Shown here one piece after another: positions 1 through 11,028 of a DNA stretch of 64,000 bases. Within the stretch, counting starts at the first letter, position 1. The number at the start of each line of letters is the position of its first letter. The DNA is from Gekko japonicus. Its lineage: Eukaryota. The notes under the pieces are model-generated. The model was not told where the DNA came from. It ran no database searches and was given only the letters and a program-made list of their open reading frames with translations. A program made the translations under genes and the position numbers. The DNA lies in the NCBI RefSeq assembly GCF_001447785.1, contig NW_015172553.1, forward strand, positions 787,737 through 851,736, read 5' to 3'.

Positions 1-11
1 CTGCAGCCTCG

Positions 12-610
12 ATGGAGGGTGCCGTGGGGGGAACGATTCCCCGCCTGCCTGCACATCTGTCTTGGCCGCCTCCGACCCCTTCGCAATGGGGTCCGCGGAA
101 GACTCACCAGCAGGATGATTGGACTATGTACAACACCCAAGGCACCCGTGAGGTGTACTCCCGTCGGGGGAGCGGATTACGTGAGAGTCTGTTTGACAAG
201 GGATTGTTCCCGGAGCCAGGGTCTACCTCGGAGAAGGAGAGTCCCAAGCAAGACATCGAGGAGTGGATGTTCGAGCCGTCGGGACCGCGTGGTCACGCAG
301 AAGATGAGGAGGGCACCGGAGCCTTCCAAACGGAAGAGGACTATGACCCACCCCCGGACTACCGCCCTCGGGACCCCATCCCGGAGGAAACTACCGGGGA
401 ACGACTAGCAGAACTGGAAGACTCGGTGAGAGACTTAATGCGGGCATTCCAGGATGTGATGGAAGGCCTGCCGGGAATGTTGGACGTTAGAATGGCCAAT
501 TTCCTGGACGCACACGCCGCGCAGTTACAAGTTGCTCCTGCACCGGGATTTCCCGCGCCGCCGATGCCTGCCCAGCCGCTACAAGCACCGGGAGTCCCCG
601 CGCAGCAGGT
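12..610 (+). pseudogene. DIRS gag-like ORF1 fragment (runs into gap)
   Basis: Pro/acidic-rich ORF with a short coiled coil (ERLAELEDSVRDLMRAF), upstream of RT. Confidence 0.55.
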
Positions 611-1142
611 NNNNNNNNNNNNNNNNNNNNNNNNNNNNNNNNNNNNNNNNNNNNNNNNNNNNNNNNNNNNNNNNNNNNNNNNNNNNNNNNNNNNNNNNNN
701 NNNNNNNNNNNNNNNNNNNNNNNNNNNNNNNNNNNNNNNNNNNNNNNNNNNNNNNNNNNNNNNNNNNNNNNNNNNNNNNNNNNNNNNNNNNNNNNNNNNN
801 NNNNNNNNNNNNNNNNNNNNNNNNNNNNNNNNNNNNNNNNNNNNNNNNNNNNNNNNNNNNNNNNNNNNNNNNNNNNNNNNNNNNNNNNNNNNNNNNNNNN
901 NNNNNNNNNNNNNNNNNNNNNNNNNNNNNNNNNNNNNNNNNNNNNNNNNNNNNNNNNNNNNNNNNNNNNNNNNNNNNNNNNNNNNNNNNNNNNNNNNNNN
1001 NNNNNNNNNNNNNNNNNNNNNNNNNNNNNNNNNNNNNNNNNNNNNNNNNNNNNNNNNNNNNNNNNNNNNNNNNNNNNNNNNNNNNNNNNNNNNNNNNNNN
1101 NNNNNNNNNNNNNNNNNNNNNNNNNNNNNNNNNNNNNNNNNN

Positions 1143-2750
1143 AACGGAAGCTGGAGAGCGATCCTGGATCTAAAGTTCCTGAACAGGTTCGTTCGGCTGA
1201 GACATTTTCGCATGGAAACCCTCCGGTCCATAACAGAGGCCCTTCATCCGGAGGAGTTCATGACCTCCATCGACCTCACGGAGGCGTACCTGCACATGCC
1301 CATATTCACCGGGCACAGGCGCTTCCTCTGATTTTTCGCCCAAGGACAGCACTGGCAATTCAGAACCCTTCCCTTCGGGTTATCAACAGCCCCCAGGGTC
1401 TTCTCCAAGATGTTAATCCATCCAATCGTTCGACTGAGGGAGAGCGGCATACATGTCCATCCGTACTTGGACGATCTCCTGATTCGCTCGCCTTCTCTTG
1501 TGAGGTCAGCGTTAGACACCAAGGCAACCATCCACTGTCTACAGTCCCACGGATTTTTAGTCAATCTACAGAAAAGTTGCTTACACCCGTCACAGTCAAT
1601 AGAACATCTCGGAGCCATATTGGACACATCCCAGAACTCTACGTTCCTACCGATGCCCAAGGCGGAAAAGATCAGAGCTTTGTGCAAGCAGATTGTCAAG
1701 AGCAGGCGATCCCTTCTTATGACCCTGGCCAAGCTGATGGGCCTATTCATCTCGTGTATAGACATGGTTCCGTGGGCGCGACTACACTCCAGATCGATGC
1801 AACAGTTCCTGAGGCCTTTTCAATCCAAAATCATGAGACGACAGGACATTTCATTGGAACTACCTTACAAGATAAAGACCAGTCTTTTATGGTGGACCAA
1901 CATTCACCATCTGCTACGAGGCCGGGTCTTTTACGTAGCGGAATGGAAACAGATTGTCACGGACGCCAGCCTCCAGGGTTGGGGCGCAGTTTACCACGAT
2001 TCTCCAATGCAAGGTATATGGTCAAAAGAGGAAAGCAAACTGCCGATAAATGTATTGGAACTGAGGGCCATCAGACTGGCTCTGTTGTATTTCCATCATC
2101 AAGTAAAGGGATCCCACGTCCTGATAAGGACGGACAACATCACAGCAAAATCGTATATAAACAAGCAGGGAGGCTCCAGGTCTCCACGACTGAGCCACGA
2201 GGCAGCCATACTTTTTCTCTGGGCAGAGACCAACTTGGCCTCCATCAGAGCAGAACACATAAAGGGGGCCCTAAATTATCAAGCGGACTGGCTCAGCAGG
2301 TTTCGTATTCAGGAAGCCGAGTGGTCTCTGAAGCGGAGCATTTTCTATCTGATAGCGAACACCTTCGGCATGCCAGATGTGGACCTCTTCGCTTCACCAA
2401 ACAACTTTCAAGTGATTCGTTACTTCACCAGATTCCATCATCACAAAGCAGAGGGAACGGATGCCCTAGTATTGCAGTGGCCACAGGGCTTGATGTTTGC
2501 ATATCCTCCAACTCCGGTTCTTCCCAAACTTCTGAGGAAGATAAGAGAACACAAGGCAGAAATCATCCTTGTAGCTCCTTATTGGCCCAGAAGGCTGTGG
2601 TTCGCAGAAATTCAAGCTCTATCGATCCTTCCTCCTCTACGGTTACCAGTGTCGCCAGACATGTTATCACAGGGACCGGTTTGGCATCCGGATCCAGAAT
2701 GGCTTCATCTGACCGCATGGCGGTTGAGAGGGACGGACTTCTCAAGTTAG
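1143..2750 (+). pseudogene. DIRS RT-RNase H-adenine methyltransferase-like ORF (one in-frame stop at 1329-1331)
   Basis: GSWRAILDLKFLN, SIDLTEAYLH, YLDDLLI (RT); TDASLQGWGA, INVLELRA, RTDNITA, NYQADWLSR (RNase H); DLFAS and AYPP (MT-like). Confidence 0.93.
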
Positions 2751-3545
2751 GTTATCCAGAGGGGGTAACGGATACGATCCTGGCATCCAGAAGGCAGTCG
2801 ACGTGCAGGATATATAATACTACCTGGAAGGCTTTTGTACATTGGGCCAGAAGGAAATCTGTTGATCCTCTCAAGCCACACTTTCGAGAGATCCTTTCCT
2901 TCCTACAGGACGGCCACGATTCAGGTCTGAAGGCGTCCACCCTTAGAAGGCAAGTTGCAGCCCTCTGAACAGTCTTACCTTTGGTGAAGGATTGTCCACT
3001 GTCTGGCATCCGCATATCAAGCGTTTTTTGAAAGGTGCATCACTTAAGGACCCACCTGTTTGCCACAGATTTCCCACTTGGAGGCTGAATGTGGTTCTTA
3101 GCGCTTTAACAAAGCCTCCTTTTGAGCCGATCATGGAAATTTCTCTAAAATGGCTTAGAATGAAGGTCCTCTTTTTGGTGGCTGTAACATCAGCCCGCAG
3201 GGTGTCGGAACTGGGAGCACTCTCAGTTAATCCTCGGCTCTGTTCTTTTCATAAGGATAAGGTCGTACTGTTGCCTGACCCTACTTTCCGTCAGCCCCGA
3301 GTGTGTCGGAACTGGGAGCACTCTCAGTTAATCCTCGGCTCTGTTCTTTTCATAAGGATAAGGTCGTACTGTTGCCTGACCCTACTTTCCGCCCAAAGGT
3401 CAACTCCAAATTCCACAGATCCCAGGAGATTTGCCTTCCTTCCTTCTGTCTGAAACCATTGCATCCGCAGGAGAGGATATAGCATACTCTGGATGTACGG
3501 AGGCCGTTGAAAGTTTTTCTACACCGCACCAGTCCTTTCAGGAGG
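1577..3545 (+). pseudogene. DIRS tyrosine recombinase ORF (overlaps pol; stops, frameshifts, 3' part deleted)
   Basis: YNTTWKAFVHW...ILSFLQDG...STLRRQVAAL, HPHIKRFLKG, WRLNVVLSALTKPPFEP, SARRVSELGAL, HTLDVRR. The distal H-x-x-R and catalytic Y region is absent. Confidence 0.88.
3190..3391 (+). repeat. 101-bp tandem duplication inside the YR gene
   Basis: 3190-3290 and 3291-3391 are identical except within the first ~12 nt. Confidence 0.9.
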
Positions 3546-4436
3546 ACATTGGAGCCAAAAATCCTAACTATAAATACACGTTGATGGGGTCTGAACTGGC
3601 AGAGACAGATCAAGAGAGAGATCTTGGAGTTGTAGTAGATAACTCACTGAAAATGTCGAGACAGTGTGTGACTGCAATAAAGAAGGCCAATGCTATGCTG
3701 GGGATTATTAGGAAGGGTATTGAAAACAGATCAGCCAATATAATAATGCCCCTATATAAATCAATGGTGAGACCTCATTTGGAATACTGTGTGCAGTTCT
3801 GGTCACCACACCTTAAAAAGGATATTATAGCTTTGGAAAAAGTGCAGAAAAGGGCAACTCGAATGATAAAAGGGTTGGAACACTTTCCCTATGAGGAACG
3901 GTTAAGGCGCTTAGGGCTCTTTAGCTTGGAGAAACGACGACTGAGGGGTGACATGATTGAGGTTTATAAGATTATGCATGGGAAAGAGCAGGTAGAGAAA
4001 GAGGTACTTTTCTCCCTTTCTCACAATACAAGAACCCGTGGGCACTCCATGAAATTGCTGAGCGGTCGGGTTAGAACGGATAAGAGGAAGTACTTCTTCA
4101 CCCAAAGAGTGATTAACACTTGGAATTCACTGCCACAGGAAGTGGTGGCGGCTACAAGCATGGACGGCTTCAAGAGGGAATTAGATAAGCATATGGAGCA
4201 GAGGTCCATCAGTGGCTATTAGCCACAAGGTATAGATAGGGACTCTGGGGCAAGTGATGCTCTGTCATCTTGGTGCTTGGGGGGGGTCAACAGTGGGAGG
4301 GCTTCTAATGTCCTGGCCCCACTGGTGGACCTCCTGATGGCACTGGTATTTCTGGCCACTGTGGGATACAGAGTGTTGGACTGGATGGGCCTTTGGCCTG
4401 ATCCAACATTGGCATCTCTTATGTTCTTATGTTCTT
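3546..4436 (+). mobile_element. 5'-truncated young CR1 LINE (ORF2 C-terminus, 3'UTR, (TTCTTATG)n tail)
   Basis: ERDLGVVVD, LYKSMVRPHLEYCVQFWSP, LGLFSLEKRRLRGDMIEVYKI, FFTQRVINTWNSLP; open to the stop at 4222; tail tcttatgttcttatgttct. Confidence 0.95.
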
Positions 4437-5499
4437 CTCCTCTGAGATAACGGAGGACATCTTGGGCCCTCCCTTTCATCGTCTTCTTTGCTAATATTCT
4501 AAGTTTTTTCTGTATTAATACTTCTTTTGTCTTTGGCTCAGAGTAGTCCTTCCTGTCTTCACTTGAAAATTCCTATAGTAGTATTTGTTGACCCTTTGGG
4601 GGACTGTTTGTTATTTGCAATAGTTATGGTTAATGATGGTTTTATAGTGTTATTTACAAGGGTTACTGCTCATTGGAGTCCCGAAACTGGAAGCTGAAGG
4701 GCATTTCCTACTACTGGACAGGAAGTGAAGTTCTTTGTTCCTGCCTCCCTAAGGAAGGGGTCGGAAACACCCAGCAAGATGTCCTCCGTTATCTCAGAGG
4801 AGAAGGACCCTTCACGGTAAGTACCAATGGCCCGTTTTATTAATTGATTGATCAACTCAGTAAGTACGTGCTGGCTAGGCAACATGGAAACATAGGAGGA
4901 AGATGAAGTTAAGAATTGCTTTATCTTGCTTTCGTCATACATACTCATGAAAAGTAAGCTGTGTCAAGCAATCAACTGAAGGCTTGAGCATGTGCTGAAG
5001 AGACTGTTGCAGGAAGAAGTTGGAGTGAATCCAGCTACTCTGCTTAACAAAGTTTGATGCCTTCTTCCAGCGTAAGGAGCTTTCCTTCAACTTAGGCTCT
5101 TCCTTTAAAGGACTTTTAGATCTATTCTCACTGAAAGTAACAGAACTGTTATTCTTAAAATGTGGACCATCTGGCCAAGAGGAGCTCAGAGCACCACAGG
5201 GCAGAAGAACCAGAAAGATACCATTCTGTGCCCCAAGAAACCAAGTTTCTGTGCTTTTCAATGCAGCAGGAGCAGAGTGAGGCATAACTGTGGATGTCTG
5301 ACTGCCTTCCCTGAGAAGACCTAACCCAATTATATTCTTCACCACCCAAGTGAACAGCTGGCCATCCTGTAGCTTTCAGCTGTTACAACTGATGCCAATG
5401 GGGGGAGTAACATAATTATTTTTTTATACTAAACGTTTTTATTTATTGTTAAACAGCATAAATGCATTTTTAGCATATTCCTAATTCAACAAAAGTGTT

Positions 5500-5606
5500 C
5501 CATGCGCCTTGGTGTTTAGTCATGCCGGCCACATGACCATGGAAACGTCTTTGGACAGCGCTGGCTCTTCGGCTTTGAACTGGAGATGAGTACTTTACCT
5601 TTACTT
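5500..5606 (+). mobile_element. Sauria SINE 3' fragment
   Basis: gccggccacatgacc...ctggctcttcggct...ggagatgag followed by an (ACCTTT)-like tail. Confidence 0.65.
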
Positions 5607-6021
5607 TTTAGTTCAACAACACTTATAGAGGGTCCAACATATTAGTGGAGTATACAACTCAGGGACTGTGAAGAAATCTTTCTCTGGGTGAACAGCAGAT
5701 GTAAATAAAGAACTCTCAACTTCCTTTAAGTCCAAATATTTCATCTTCCTATTACAGCTATGTTCTCTTCCAATATTGGCAGCAAGCACAATTTTTCTCA
5801 AAATTCAGGTGTCTGGATCTAGATTTTAGATTTCAGGTGTATCCTCATCTTTCATACTCCAAAATGAAATCAACCACATAAAGAGGAAGATCAAAAACAT
5901 TCTGATGAGTGCTTTGATCAAGAACACAGTGGTTTGCCTACAGGATCTTTAAATCTTAAATGCAATTGAACTCTACAAACAGGGCAACACTGAAGGTTTC
6001 AGTATCTGGGTCACTGAGGGT

Positions 6022-6337
6022 TAGGCTTACCAAGTCCCCCCGGGGGGTGGGGAAACCCCCGCCCCAGAGGCCCGTTACCCACCGCCGGCAGGTTGGGCCC
6101 CGGGGGGATCCCCACCCCCAAAGCACGTGACATGCCCGGCGTCAGCACGTCACCTAAAGTGACGCAGCCACGCCAGGCGTGCCGGGGGCGGGGCCGCAGT
6201 CATCCAAGGGGAAAACTCTCTGTTTTCCCCTTGGATGACTGTGGCCCCACCCCCGGCGCGCCCAACGCGGCCGTGTCATTTCCGGGAACGAGGCTGGAGT
6301 CCCCCGCTGTGCATACAGCGGGGACTTGGTAACCCTA
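6022..6337. mobile_element. hAT MITE, GC-rich and internally palindromic
   Basis: TIRs taggcttaccaagtcccc / ggggacttggtaacccta; perfect 8-bp TSD CTGAGGGT (6014-6021, 6338-6345). Confidence 0.9.
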
Positions 6338-6488
6338 CTGAGGGTAATTTCATCAAGAGGGCTCTGCTTCCTTATGGATATCCTACAAATATTAGCCATC
6401 TACAGAGATATCATTGTCCTCAACAAAAGGAAACAGAGTTGGGGATCTTGCTGCAGGTTAGCGAGTAATTTTAAAGTAGCTTAATTTA

Positions 6489-6590
6489 CATAAGAGAAGC
6501 CAATGTTCGATCAGGCTAATGGCCCATCCAGTCCAACAGTCTGTTACACAGTGGCCAAAAATACCAGGTGCCATAAGGAGGTCCACCATC
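6489..6590 (-). mobile_element. CR1 3'UTR fragment
   Basis: Reverse complement of the CR1 3' end at ~4320-4430. Confidence 0.8.
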
Positions 6591-6734
6591 TTGGAAAGCC
6601 TTCAACAATACAATACCATGTTTAGGTTTAACTGCCAAAGCCAAAATAGACCTTCCACTTAGCCTGTGCTTATACTGTGTTATCCAAATAGCCTGCCAAC
6701 ACTACAGGAGAGCAACTCTGAGTATTTTACTTAC

Positions 6735-6839
6735 CGGTAGTGTGAAGAAAGCAGGATGCTTTGGTTCATCCTCATATTTGCCCTCTGTTGGGCTTCCCGC
6801 TTCTACAGATTTAGAAGTAGTGTTCTTGCCAATCCCCAT
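6735..6839 (-). CDS. SLC23A2: First coding exon (CDS part) of sodium-dependent vitamin C transporter 2 (SVCT2)
   Basis: Minus strand translates to [35 protein letters not shown] (35 codons), matching the amniote SVCT2 N-terminus (human [36 protein letters not shown]). It ends at a phase-0 donor CCG|GTAAGT. Downstream exons were not found in the window. Confidence 0.96.
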
Positions 6840-6998
6840 TGTTTCCCAAAATGTTCAGGAAACTAACAGTTACTGAAGTTGTCAGTACAGGAGATGGAGT
6901 TTTCAATAAAAAAGATAGCACCTCCAACAGTCAGAAGAGCATCATGGTATTCACAATGCAGCATTAGGTTGTGTAAGTAATCGTGGTTTCTATGATAT
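6840..6998 (-). other. SLC23A2: 5'UTR part of the SLC23A2 first coding exon (whole exon 6735-6998, 264 nt)
   Basis: Strong acceptor ttccttttgtttcatttccag|ATATC with AG at 6999-7000, contiguous with the CDS. Confidence 0.85.
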
Positions 6999-7190
6999 CT
7001 GGAAATGAAACAAAAGGAAACCAATAAAATATTTTTGCCGCATGATTCTACAAGAGACAGATAAAATATTCCGTTATTAACCTCAGTGCAAGTCAAGGTT
7101 ATGGCAAGTTTATTATATTAAAAACTTCTCCCAATTAGCAACTTTTACCCACAGAACTCAGCTACTTTTGTCTAACCCCTCCCTCACATC

Positions 7191-7368
7191 TAGGGATGGG
7201 TGCGCCTGGCAACCATCAGGTTAACAGTGGACCCGCACTGCTCAGCTGTTAGGTTTAAATGACTCAAACAACCAAACCAGACAAAAGTCGAGTACATGTT
7301 CGGGGGCTCTGAACCAAGCCAGATTTGTGCTGAATTTTCGCTCGTGAACTGGTTTCTGCCCATTCCTA
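7191..7368. mobile_element. Old hAT MITE
   Basis: tagggatgggt / gcccattccta termini with a degenerate TSD ctcacatc/ctcacaat. Confidence 0.55.
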
Positions 7369-9108
7369 CTCACAATAGAGCTGGAAAAACCATTTTTTAA
7401 TTCTTGCAACAGGAATCCAAAATAATTCTTCAGCTGTATATAGGAGTGATGCCTAGATGCTCAAATACCTCTTTCTCTGTAGCTTTCAACTTATCCTTTT
7501 AAACTATGACTAAGCATGTATAACTAAACCGAACACACCTTCTCCCCCATCTTCCTTGCCTCTCTCTTTTGCCTTTCCAGTAGCTGAAGTTTAGATTGTA
7601 AACTCTTCAAGGAAGGGACCAGTATGAATTGTTATTTATAAGGAGACACGATGCTATAATAAATTACTAAGAGAACTGACAGGTTAGTTGTACAGAAGCT
7701 TAAAAACCATGTAAAGACAGAGCTAGTCCTACTAAGACAACCGGGTTAATTAAGAGTAGTAAGCCTGATGCAGGTACACTGTTAGTCCAACCCTGGGATG
7801 ATTTACATTACAACTGTTTATAGGTGGCCTGAGGGAAAAAACCTGAACAAGGCTGACTCAATTCCCACATGAAGACAGAAGATGGAAATAAGCCATTCAT
7901 TTGTTAATATTCCCTAGCAGAACAATGTAGCAGGCACTAAGTTTTATCACGTGCTACCCTGAATATTCTTAATTATAAAATAAAATTTCAAAAGTCCAAT
8001 ATTAAGAGAAAGAAACTAAAGCTTTGGTCCAATGAAAAATGCCGTAATTTTAGACAGATGAAATAGAATACCTCATTAAACCAGAAGAAGCTCTCATGGG
8101 CCAAAAAACAAACAAAAAAAGATCTGCTATATTCAAGTTCTTTGTATATAGGCACATTTGTACAGCCTATAGGGAGAGTTTTACAAGGAAAAAAAGAAGC
8201 TGATTTAAACAAAAAACAATCCAAATTGTTCCAGAGGCTAAGCAGCATTTTAGGGTGTGCATTCTAATTCAGCTACTGAGCTTGATCTACACAATTTTTT
8301 CTCCAGTTACCTCAAGCCCTCCTACAATAAACTGCCCCATAAAGTACCACTCCTTCCACAGCTATGGCCAGATACGTCACCCTCACTTGATAACTCAGTT
8401 TACACTGCCTCTTCTGTCTTATTCTTGCATAACCAGGTAAACAAAATTCTCTCCGCTGCTAAACAGATCTTTATCCAATAACAGCTTCATTTTATATTCA
8501 CTTAAGGTCAGAACCCTAATGTGAGGCCTGCCAGTCTTTCAATAAACTTAACATGAGGTTAATATTGAAGCCTACAGTTTGCTATGAAGACACACAAAAA
8601 AATTATTCCTCTAAAACCCTGAGGGGGATAAGACTATCCATTAATGCAGCTACTGCTGTAGGCAATAAAGAATCTATATATCTGGACTTCTGGTTTATGG
8701 CAACACGCTGGCAGATGCACCTCCCAGACCTCCCGGGGTGTGTGATCTGTGCGCTGGCAGTTTGGGGGGGAGGGTGCGATTGTTCATTATCCCCCCGGAG
8801 CCTTTGTGAAAGGCTCCTAGCCATGGGGCTTCTGAGGGGTGGCCTCTTTGCCAGCACGATGCTAGGGAATTGAGGTGCTCTTCCGCCCTGACGGTCCTGC
8901 CGCTATGCGTCCAAATGGAATTAGAGCCGCTGACCGGGACACGCATTTTGAGTGAGGTCTTATGACCAACAACGAACAGTGAGTCGAGTGAAAGCGAAAT
9001 ACCGGCGACTTAGAAAGAAAGTCCCCCCCTGAGAATGGCAAGAAAAGCGCGCGGGAGAGGGGCCCCTCCCATATGCATGAACTAAAAAGCGATTTAGCAA
9101 GGGGGGTC

Positions 9109-9969
9109 TGTACAGGATTAGCCCACCCAGGCCAGTCCAGGGATGAGAGGGAATCCTGTACTTTTCAGTACATTAAACAACAAACCACGAGATGGTCTAT
9201 ACCCTCTCTGGTTTCCAGACAATTTGCCACCAGAACCTCTTTTCACTAGTCCCTGCTTTTCCTAAGGGAAGAGGTTCCAAACCCTTAGTTGGCATCTGGG
9301 ACAGAACACATTAGCAACTCAATCCAGAGATGCACACTTTTACTCTTGCAAAGGTAGCTTAAGTGGTCAGGGTTAGCCACAAGATTTAGCCTTGGAGTTC
9401 AAGTTACAACACCAGAGACAAATTAGCAATAAGAAGGATCTTTATTCAGTACAGAGCTTAGCAACAGACTATCAGAGATTACTGAAAACAAGAAAAACCT
9501 ATGGTTCTTTGCCTTAACTACATATTAAAGATCCATAGTTACCAATTCAGGAACATCCAACAGTCCAGAATAGTCCAAGGGATTTTGAAGGGAAATCCCA
9601 TCTTTGCACACCCATGTGCTCCAAGTCACCAAGCAGGTCTTTGTTTTCCAAGAGACAGCATTTCAGGTGCAATAAAACAGGCAGCAAGAGCCTCAGAGCT
9701 AAGAGAACAAGAGACTCGAGAACAAGAAGAAGAGACTCACTCCCATAGGGATCAAACAATTATACCCCAATGTAATCATGATTAGCCGTGGCCATTCGGC
9801 CAATTGCGAGTGGGCATGAGTGTGCCCAATTGTTGGTTGCCATGGTTGCTNNNNNNNNNNNNNNNNNNNNNNNNNCTTGCAACAGGAAATAAGACACAGC
9901 ATGTTATCATAATGTAATCACAGGAGAAGGCATGTGGATATAGAAAATAGAAATCAATTTTTCTATACA
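9109..9969 (-). mobile_element. Solo LTR (ERV-like)
   Basis: TGTACAG...CTATACA termini; 5-bp TSD GGGTC (9104-9108, 9970-9974); minus-strand TATA-like element at 9759-9766 and AATAAA at 9441-9446. Confidence 0.82.
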
Positions 9970-10077
9970 GGGTCAGAATTAAAAGCGTTGAAATCTGTTT
10001 TAAGAACCTTACCAGAGGCGTTGGGCGAATTTCAGAGACTTTAGCAAGTTTTGGCAAAAGTAAACAATTCATTAAAA

Positions 10078-11028
10078 ATGGCATGGGAAAAAATGGAGAA
10101 AGACAAACAAGCAAAAGTGAAACCACCGGGGAGCATGAGCCCACGACCAGAAGAGACCACTGAGTTCTCTAATCTTTTGGCGGACCCTCTACGGGATCAG
10201 ATGACTAACATCAATCAGCAGCAGACAACTCTAAACCAGAATTTTGCAACTCAGCAGCTCCAACTGTCGGAAACCACAAAAAAGACAGAGCAAACAGCTG
10301 AGAAAGTAAAGGAAATAGATGCCAACTCCAAAAAAGTCAAGAAAAAGGTGCAAATGCTGGAAAGGAAGCAAGCTTCAGATGAATCTCAACTTTTACAACT
10401 GCAAATGGAGAAAGCTAACCTGGTCCTCCGGTTCCAAAGGGTCCCTGAAGTAAAAGACGAGAATCTAAAGCACCTTTTGAGCGATGCATTAGCTCCAGTT
10501 ACAGACTGAAAAGCGGAATATCTTATAAGTGAAATGGATGTGGTCTATAGGGCCTATTCCGTTTACATCAAGAAAAATAATCTGCCTGGAGAAATAGTGG
10601 TTAGATTCTCGAAGAGACATGTGAGGGATTCTATTCTGAAAGCAACTACAGGAACACCACTGAAAATCGGAGGCAGCACCATCAGGATTTTAAAAGACAT
10701 CCCATTTGAAATAAGGAAGAAGAGGAAGAAGTATAAAGACTTAATCCTTTTTCTACAAACAAACAGCATTTCCTACAGATGGTTAACCCCTGAAGGCATC
10801 ATTTTCAAACTGCAGGACAAAAAAGAAAAAAATGACACTGTTTCCAAAGTACATGAGTTCTTGAGATTGCAACTGGGAGAACCAGTTGAGGACGCTAAAG
10901 AAGAAGATAACAGCAAATCTAGCGGTGAATTGGACTCTGTGTCTTCCGACGAGGATTCTGCTTCAGAAAAGGGGGCGGCTGCTCCTAAACGAGAATACCA
11001 ATTGAGGATTAGAAAAGAAGCAAAGTGA
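10078..11028 (+). pseudogene. L1 ORF1p-like protein (316 codons, one premature TGA at 10507-10509)
   Basis: Coiled coil, then RRM (NLVLRFQRVPEVKDENL, DVVYRA, PGEIVVRF) and CTD (IRILKDIPFEIRKKRKKY, YRWLTPEGI). The two track ORFs are in the same frame. Confidence 0.88.

Larger units (their letters stand above)
1..4838 (+). mobile_element. DIRS1-type tyrosine-recombinase retrotransposon (5' end outside window; degenerate; interrupted by CR1)
   Basis: Gag-like ORF, RT/RNaseH/methyltransferase ORF, overlapping YR ORF, and an ICR remnant 4434-4464 perfectly complementary to the right terminal sequence 4775-4805. Ends ...cggtaagtaccaatggcccgtttt. Confidence 0.93.

Noticed and set aside
12-1331. 439-aa ORF and other ORFs spanning N runs
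   Set aside because: The frame across the gap is unknown; gag and RT parts are joined artificially.
3431-4222. 263-aa ORF as a DIRS-CR1 fusion gene
   Set aside because: The N-terminus is out-of-frame DIRS sequence with a non-ATG start; the rest is truncated CR1 ORF2.
4670-5349. Minus-strand ORFs as further SLC23A2 exons
   Set aside because: They do not match the expected next SVCT2 segment (VVINGGATSS...), and one runs into the DIRS terminus.
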